10,970 nt of DNA from contig JACRDR010000417.1 of the NCBI GenBank assembly GCA_016212845.1, positions 1 through 10,970 on the forward strand, read 5' to 3'. The DNA is from Elusimicrobiota bacterium. GTDB taxonomy: Bacteria; Elusimicrobiota; Elusimicrobia; UBA1565; JACRDR01. Under the pieces are notes generated by a model that was not told the DNA's origin, made no database searches, and was given only the letters and a program-made list of their open reading frames with translations. Of this stretch, positions 6,550-10,970 are shown one piece after another. The position numbers and the translations under genes were made by a program. How positions within the stretch are numbered: position 1 is the first letter of the stretch; the number at the start of each line of letters is the position of its first letter.

Positions 6550-7098
6550 TCATTGTGATCTCGTGGTGAGATCGTCCCATGGAATATCCAGGCGCTTCGC
6601 GATCCGTACCATCAGCTCGCGGGCACTGGCTACGTTCGTCGTCTCGAGAATGCTGATGGGCCTGGAATCGTCCTGAAAGACCAGCCTGAGATTCACGACG
6701 CGATAGATCCTCAGCGGTTCGCCCGGCGATTGGTGCTTCAGAGCCCCCGGGCTCAATCGGAGCTTCTTAAAGTCGTCGAGTGGACCGGTCTTGGATACTC
6801 GTACCCGTCCCCACGTACCCTTGAGTCGCCGGTACGTCCGCTCTCGAAGGTCGATGTGAAGTTCATCGCAATAGAGCGCCACGGCGAGCGCCGCGACTGC
6901 GATAAAAAGGCCTACGCCTCCAGCCATGACCAATAGACCGATGTCATCGGTTAAGGTCTTCGTCGGCCGCGTGATCAGGGAGTAGCCGACGAATATAGGG
7001 AATGCGGCGATCATCCCGATGGGCACCCAAACCCACCGAGGCTTGCCAAAAACCATGCGCTCCGGCGCATCAATCCTCAGTTCGAGTTCACTCGCCAC
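6550..7098 (-). CDS. hypothetical 2-TM membrane protein with a ~110-aa soluble C-terminal domain (possibly bacterial PH-like topology)
   Basis: The GTG start at 7096-7098 (the ORF track translates GTG as M) has GGTGGA 3 nt upstream. An alternative ATG at 7054-7056 has GGAG upstream. Two hydrophobic helices (WVWVPIGMIAAFPIFVGYSLI; IGLLVMAGGVGLFIAVAALAVALY). Lower GC and A/T-ending codons, like the neighbouring island genes. No recognisable catalytic motif. Confidence 0.55.
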   Translation of the reverse strand: MASELELRIDAPERMVFGKPRWVWVPIGMIAAFPIFVGYSLITRPTKTLTDDIGLLVMAGGVGLFIAVAALAVALYCDELHIDLRERTYRRLKGTWGRVRVSKTGPLDDFKKLRLSPGALKHQSPGEPLRIYRVVNLRLVFQDDSRPISILETTNVASARELMVRIAKRLDIPWDDLTTRSQ

Positions 7099-7109
7099 GA
7101 GTCCACCAA

Positions 7110-7142
7110 CAGTCCCCTTGTTCGGTGCACGTTCGGTTCAGC
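7110..7142. repeat. 33-bp intergenic motif, copy B: CAGTCCCCTTGTTCGGTGCACGTTCGGTTCAGC
   Basis: 28/33 identical to copy A at 5222-5254. It lies in the 130-bp gap (7099-7228) upstream of the membrane-protein gene and downstream of the secreted-protein gene, both on the - strand. Confidence 0.45.
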
Positions 7143-7228
7143 GATGGAGATCGTCCCCAATGACCCTAACTTCATCCGGCCTCAGCTCAATTGGACCGCG
7201 AAAGGTTCTGTCTGAACAATTTCAAGCC

Positions 7229-7894
7229 CTACTTTCGTTCTCGCTCGCATCGGGACATTTCGGCTAGAGCTTGGTTAAGGCGGATCGCCCCGATCGCAAT
7301 CGGACCAGAATCCAGGCCTTCGACACGCAGCTCGACTTTACCCGGCTTGGTGAGCTTTTTCTCGCCGTCCACTCGCTGAAACCACGCGCTGTATTCGAAG
7401 AGGACGCGCTTTCCGGAGATGAGGCCTGCCTTAAAGTGCGCGCCATCCTGCGTCGTCGCGATTTCGCTCCCGTTTAGCAGCAGTACCGCCTTCTTGAAGT
7501 GTCCTTCAGTGGGTTTTAGCCAGCTGCTTCCATCACAGTATTCTTCACTCGATTGATTCGGATTGTACCGCCAGCTCCCTGCCGGGGCTTCGCTTTTGCC
7601 GGAGCCGCAAGCTTGCTGAAAGTCGCCGGGATTCGCCGGGCCGGGCGCCGCTCCTCCCTTCACAAATCGAAAACTTATCTCTATCGGCCTAGACCCAGAG
7701 GAATTGCCGAGAGCAACCTCGAGATCACCGAATTTGCCTTTGGCCGAACAGGAACGGAGATCGCCGGTATCCATGTGATGGGACGTAATCGTCCATCCCG
7801 CGATTTTGGCGGGATAGTTCCTGTTCGAATCCACAAGAGCGTAGACCGGGAGAGATAAAACAAGCGAGGCCAGCAATCCGCTTAGAACTCTCAT
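7229..7894 (-). CDS. hypothetical secreted protein (signal peptide, 4 Cys), about 221 aa from the second Met
   Basis: The ORF track gives 7229..7912. The typical signal peptide begins at the second Met (MRVLSGLLASLVLSLPVYA|LVD), ATG at 7892-7894. Cys residues are in the mature part. No recognisable domain. Low GC3. Confidence 0.55.
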   Translation of the reverse strand: MRVLSGLLASLVLSLPVYALVDSNRNYPAKIAGWTITSHHMDTGDLRSCSAKGKFGDLEVALGNSSGSRPIEISFRFVKGGAAPGPANPGDFQQACGSGKSEAPAGSWRYNPNQSSEEYCDGSSWLKPTEGHFKKAVLLLNGSEIATTQDGAHFKAGLISGKRVLFEYSAWFQRVDGEKKLTKPGKVELRVEGLDSGPIAIGAIRLNQALAEMSRCERERK

Positions 7895-8079
7895 CGGCTC
7901 ATCGGTTCGCATGTCAATTCGAGACCGCCGTTAGACGAACGGTTAATGTCCCTCAGACCCCCATTGAGCCCAACGCCGGGCTGAGCCGCGGCGCTACTAG
8001 GTTCTTCCTCTTTCCGTTTTCGCGCCGCCGGCTCTAGCTGATTATCCTGTCCGCTCGATCTGCTGTGAGGCAAGGTCAT
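7891..8079 (-). CDS. possible 62-codon small ORF bracketed by ATGA stop/start overlaps (doubtful; could be non-coding spacer)
   Basis: Its ATG (8077-8079) overlaps the TGA of the upstream lipoprotein gene as ATGA. Its TGA (7891-7893) overlaps the ATG (7892-7894) of the downstream secreted-protein gene as ATGA. The product is low-complexity and disordered-looking (MTLPHSRSSGQDNQLEPAARKRKEEEPSS...), with no SD. Confidence 0.2.
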   Translation of the reverse strand: MTLPHSRSSGQDNQLEPAARKRKEEEPSSAAAQPGVGLNGGLRDINRSSNGGLELTCEPMSR

Positions 8080-8645
8080 GGCGACACGTTCAGCGTGCCG
8101 AGGAAATGCTCAAACGCGGGACGGTATTTCTCGAACAGTTCGACCGGAGCCCCAAAGGCGGCTGTGTAGGCTTTGCCTCCGACAGCGAAGTGGACTTCCG
8201 TCTCGCGAAATCTCACGGGCCGGCGCTGAGGTTCGGATGGCTGATGCATGGCCGGCGGCGATTGGGTCCGGGTCCAGTCGACGACCCAGCCGTCCGTGCC
8301 GGACAGGCTCAACTGCCGGAGCGTTTCCTGGTGGAAATCCGGGTCCTTGGCGTAGAGTCGAGCGGTCTCGGTCATGGCCCGCGCGAGCTCCTCCCGGCCT
8401 CGTATTTCAGCCGAATGCACGGAAAGATAGGCGCCGACGCCCTCGACTTCGTCCGGAGAGCGTGCGAACGCCAGAGCCCCTCCGCCCGGCATGCTCTCCC
8501 AGTCCCGAGGAATTTCGCAGCGGATGCCGTCCCCGGAGACGCTCTGATACGGCGACGAACGGCAACCGCAGAAAACGCTCGCGGCCGCTAGGATCGCCGG
8601 ACCTAGCGCCCTGAGAAATCTTCGTGTCGATGCGCGTTTATCCAT
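8076..8645 (-). CDS. putative lipoprotein / exported protein (about 189 aa from Met at 8645)
   Basis: The ORF track has 8076..8711, but the Met at 8643-8645 begins a classic n/h/Cys signal peptide (MDKRASTRRFLRALGPAILAAASVFCGCRSS). The mature part has no recognised motif. The start overlaps the upstream HExxH gene by 43 nt in another frame. Stop TGA at 8076-8078. Confidence 0.55.
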   Translation of the reverse strand: MDKRASTRRFLRALGPAILAAASVFCGCRSSPYQSVSGDGIRCEIPRDWESMPGGGALAFARSPDEVEGVGAYLSVHSAEIRGREELARAMTETARLYAKDPDFHQETLRQLSLSGTDGWVVDWTRTQSPPAMHQPSEPQRRPVRFRETEVHFAVGGKAYTAAFGAPVELFEKYRPAFEHFLGTLNVSP

Positions 8646-9439
8646 GTATCTCGCCACCCGAGCGTGCGTGTATGGGCAGCCTGCGTTCGTTTCACCGAGG
8701 TCTTGTCCCACCAGTATGCGACATGCCGCCGTTTACGGTCCAGCGTTTCGGTGTTTCCCGAGTAATCGTAGAGAAAATCAAAGACTCTCACGCTGGCTCT
8801 CAAGACCCCTCGCCAAACCGGCCGCAGTCGCCCTCCGACGCCGAGAACCCGCTTTCGCTGCGCCTCGTACCCCAATTTAACAAGGTCGTCGAACGACCTG
8901 AAGCTTCCTTGCTTCACGGTGTGAGCCATGAGAAGCAAGTCGCGGGCGAAGGGTCCGCTTTCGGGGATAGGAGGAACGCCGGCTCGTCTCATTTCCACGT
9001 ACGCGACGAAATGGACGAAATACGCGTCCTGCTCCGACTCAATGCATTGCACCATCTCGTCTTGGATTGCCTGAATCGCATGCGTGCCTTCGTGAGCGAG
9101 CGCGACAGCGAGCATCGTCGCATCCAACTCGTCCGCATTCTGAGGGAGATGTATTTCCTTGGAGTTCCAGAGAAATACGGCACCGCTGCCCGAAGGAACA
9201 TCGCCGGCAGGTAAGATGGGGATGTCGTGCTCGGAGATAAAGTCTGCGATCCGTCGCCCCATTTCGCTCCTACGAAGCGCGCGCAGGGCGGCTTTCGGTC
9301 CTTTTTGCGGCTTTGCGCAGTGAATGATCTTCTCGCTTCCGGCGTCATCGATGAACACGAGCGAAGTGCCTGCGGGGCAGCTTTGAGCCGAGGCAAGGCT
9401 CGCGGCCAAGCCGGAGGTGAGAATGGCGCCCAGCATCAT
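8603..9439 (-). CDS. secreted HExxH zinc-metallopeptidase-like protein (M48/ImmA-like ...DELDATMLAVALAHEGTHAIQ signature), 278 aa
   Basis: Signal peptide MMLGAILTSGLAASLASA|QS. HEGTH is encoded at 9080-9094 (checked by reverse-complementing). The run acidic-Asp/Glu, then ..LAHExxH resembles the M48/HtpX/BepA and ImmA/IrrE active-site helix. The start is 16 nt after the pncA stop. Stop TAG at 8603-8605. Confidence 0.7.
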   Translation of the reverse strand: MMLGAILTSGLAASLASAQSCPAGTSLVFIDDAGSEKIIHCAKPQKGPKAALRALRRSEMGRRIADFISEHDIPILPAGDVPSGSGAVFLWNSKEIHLPQNADELDATMLAVALAHEGTHAIQAIQDEMVQCIESEQDAYFVHFVAYVEMRRAGVPPIPESGPFARDLLLMAHTVKQGSFRSFDDLVKLGYEAQRKRVLGVGGRLRPVWRGVLRASVRVFDFLYDYSGNTETLDRKRRHVAYWWDKTSVKRTQAAHTRTLGWRDTWINAHRHEDFSGR

Positions 9440-9455
9440 CGGCGTCGAGGGTAAT

Positions 9456-10082
9456 TCAGCGCAGTAGGGCCGCGCTCGGCGTGAGCGTGACGCCGGCTTT
9501 CTTCATTTCGACGACGGCGAACTCCGAGTCGGAGGGCTGCAGGTTTACGCCGCGGCAGCCGTCTTCGATCAGCACGGTCTCGAATCCTAATGAGCGGGCG
9601 TCCAGCGCGGTGAATTTCACGCAGTAGTCGGTGGCGAGTCCCAGGCAGTGCACGCGGCCGATGCCTTTTTCCCTCAGCCATTCGCCCATGCCGGTGGATT
9701 TTCTACGCCCGTTGTCGAAGAAGCCGCTGTAGGAGTCGACGGTCTTGTCGTCGCCCTTTCGGAAAACTTTTTGGATCAGCTCCTTGGGCAGCGCGTCGTG
9801 GAACTCGGCGCCTCTGGAGCCTTGCACGCAGTGGTCGGGCCACAGGATTTGCCGCAGGCCGAAGAGGTCGATGAACTCGCCCGGTTTCTTGCCGGGATGG
9901 TTCGAGGCGAAGCTGCCGTGATCCTTGGGGTGCCAGTCTTGGGTCGCCACGATCGCGTCGAAGCGGCCCTTCGACATCAGCCGCGCGCAGATGGGGACGA
10001 CGTCGTTGCCGTGAGACACGGCCAGATTGCCGCCGGGCATGAAGTCGTATTGGACGTCGACGAGGATTAGGGCCGATTTCAT
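9456..10082 (-). CDS. pncA: nicotinamidase/pyrazinamidase PncA (isochorismatase family), 208 aa
   Basis: MKSALILVDVQYDFMPGGNLAV...ATQDWHPKDHGSFAS...WPDHCVQGS...VDSYSGFFDNGRRKSTG...LGLATDYCVKF is near-colinear with E. coli PncA as recalled, and the catalytic Asp/Lys/Cys are present. The true start is the ATG at 10080-10082 (not the ORF-track start 10244), forming ATGA with the nadE stop. Confidence 0.9.
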   Translation of the reverse strand: MKSALILVDVQYDFMPGGNLAVSHGNDVVPICARLMSKGRFDAIVATQDWHPKDHGSFASNHPGKKPGEFIDLFGLRQILWPDHCVQGSRGAEFHDALPKELIQKVFRKGDDKTVDSYSGFFDNGRRKSTGMGEWLREKGIGRVHCLGLATDYCVKFTALDARSLGFETVLIEDGCRGVNLQPSDSEFAVVEMKKAGVTLTPSAALLR

Positions 10083-10970
10083 TGGGGCAGCTCGTTTAAC
10101 TCTTTCTCGAGGCCGCTCGAGAGGATCGGGAAGCGGCACCAGCTCTTGGGGTCGAGGTTGTTCTCGTCCAAGTGGAACGACGGGGCGTAGCGCTCCCGCT
10201 TCCATTGGTTGCGGCACCACAGGCGGAAGAACCGGATGACCCAATTCCGGCGGTCGGGCTCCGAATGCTGGGGAAACTTGAGCCGGACGTGCTCGAGCGT
10301 TTCGGCGGGGGAGCGCTTGTCCCTAATGAAACAGCGCTCTATAGCGTCTAGGACATCATAGGGCATGAGGTCGCTCTCGGCGGTCTGCTTGGCGTCGAGC
10401 GGCCGCAGCTCCGGCGTCGGGCGCATGCCCGTGACGCACGAGAGCTCCGGGATCGGGCCGAGGCCCTCGGGGCCGGTCTTCTCGAGCCACTGGAGCCAAA
10501 CCAACAGGAACGCCTTGTCGATGCCCGCGATCGGGCTCAGGCCGCCGCAGGTGTCGCCGTCCATCGTCGCGTAGCCGACCGCGGCCTCGGACCGGTCGGA
10601 GGTCGCCAGCAGGATGGAGTTGCGCAGGTTGGCCAAGAGCCAGATGCCCGGGCCGCGCGCGCGCGCCTGGATGTTCTGCAGCGCGAGATCGTCTTTTTCC
10701 CACGTGAGCGGGCGGCCGATCGCCTTCGAGACGGTGTCGACGTAGGACTTGGTCACGCCGCCCACGTCCCACCGCATGTACTCGGCGCCCAAGGCCGAGG
10801 CGATGATCTCGGCGGATTTCTTGCAGGCGTCGCCGGAATTCTCGGTCGGCTGGTAGGCGCAGGCGAGCAGGGCCTTGGTGAGAGCCTTCGCGTCGAGCGC
10901 TTCCTTGAGCCTCGGGATGTAGCCCAATCTCTTCTGCACGCCCGCGGCGCCGAGCTCGCGGAGGGCGAAG
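10079..10970 (-). CDS. nadE: NAD+ synthetase NadE, C-terminal part (gene continues beyond the window end)
   Basis: The frame is open from 10970 (FALRELGAAGVQKRLGY...). ...LLATSDRSEAAVGYATMDGDTCGGLSPIAGIDKAFLL...PTPEL...PYDVLDAIE... matches the recalled NadE C-terminal region ([26 protein letters not shown]...). Stop TGA at 10079-10081. Confidence 0.85.
   Translation of the reverse strand, partial: FALRELGAAGVQKRLGYIPRLKEALDAKALTKALLACAYQPTENSGDACKKSAEIIASALGAEYMRWDVGGVTKSYVDTVSKAIGRPLTWEKDDLALQNIQARARGPGIWLLANLRNSILLATSDRSEAAVGYATMDGDTCGGLSPIAGIDKAFLLVWLQWLEKTGPEGLGPIPELSCVTGMRPTPELRPLDAKQTAESDLMPYDVLDAIERCFIRDKRSPAETLEHVRLKFPQHSEPDRRNWVIRFFRLWCRNQWKRERYAPSFHLDENNLDPKSWCRFPILSSGLEKELNELPQ

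Noticed and set aside
6730-7477. Small + strand ORFs 6730..6936, 7019..7267, 7191..7379, 7271..7477 and - strand 7264..7446
   Set aside because: They are antisense or overlapping relative to the 2-TM and secreted-protein genes, with no SD and low-complexity products. A 33-codon - strand ORF inside the 7099-7228 spacer is likewise unsupported.
8646-8711. Longer lipoprotein ORF start at 8711 (MGQDLGETNAGC...)
   Set aside because: It would create a 109-nt overlap with the upstream gene. The Met at 8645 begins a canonical signal peptide.
7553-9214. Antisense or off-frame ORFs 7553..7858 +, 7681..7863 -, 8078..8614 +, 8106..8591 +, 8624..9214 +, 8644..8880 +, 8989..9396 -, 9227..9454 +
   Set aside because: The - strand frames carry signal peptides and the HExxH motif. 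These alternatives are featureless.
6520-9455. Island borders examined for integrase/transposase genes, tRNA, direct-repeat att sites and CRISPR repeats
   Set aside because: None found. Only a trivial shared 6-mer (TCGAGG) near both borders, and no arrays of regularly spaced repeats anywhere in the window.
10083-10244. N-terminal extension of the pncA ORF (ORF-track start at 10244, MGHPVLPP...)
   Set aside because: This is in-frame read-back into the 3' end of nadE. The PncA homology starts at MKSALILVD (ATG 10080-10082), which forms ATGA with the nadE stop.

Overview
High-GC bacterial chromosomal segment, about 65-70% GC by eye (not computed), with most of the ORF-track entries being alternative-frame or antisense artefacts of the high GC. 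I support 12 protein-coding genes plus one doubtful small ORF. On the + strand: the 3' part of a DUF1570/peptidase-MA-like HExxH protein (to 733), a 649-aa flotillin-family SPFH protein (956-2905), and a ParB/Srx-like domain protein (4278-5216). On the - strand: an Mqo-like FAD oxidoreductase (2949-4250), a NamZ-like DUF1343 protein (5254-6516), and a tightly packed array running from nadE (C-terminal part, extends past 10970) through pncA, with an ATGA stop/start overlap. That array continues into a visibly lower-GC ~2.9-kb block (about 6520-9455) of four or five genes that all encode exported or membrane proteins. In order along the - strand these are a secreted HExxH (M48/ImmA-like AHExxH signature) protein, a putative lipoprotein whose start overlaps it by 43 nt, a doubtful 62-codon ORF bracketed by ATGA overlaps at both ends, a Cys-containing secreted protein, and a 2-TM membrane protein. 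This lower-GC exported-protein module is the best candidate for something undescribed here. There is no integrase, tRNA, IS element or CRISPR array. Other notable signals are a 33-bp intergenic motif (internal tandem GTTCGGkTC repeat) present at 5222-5254 and 7110-7142, a structured leader with a terminator-like hairpin and U-tract ending 21 bp before the flotillin start codon, a G7/C-rich hairpin between the convergent flotillin and mqo genes, and an AT-rich perfect palindrome in the 27-bp divergent mqo/parB-like start region.
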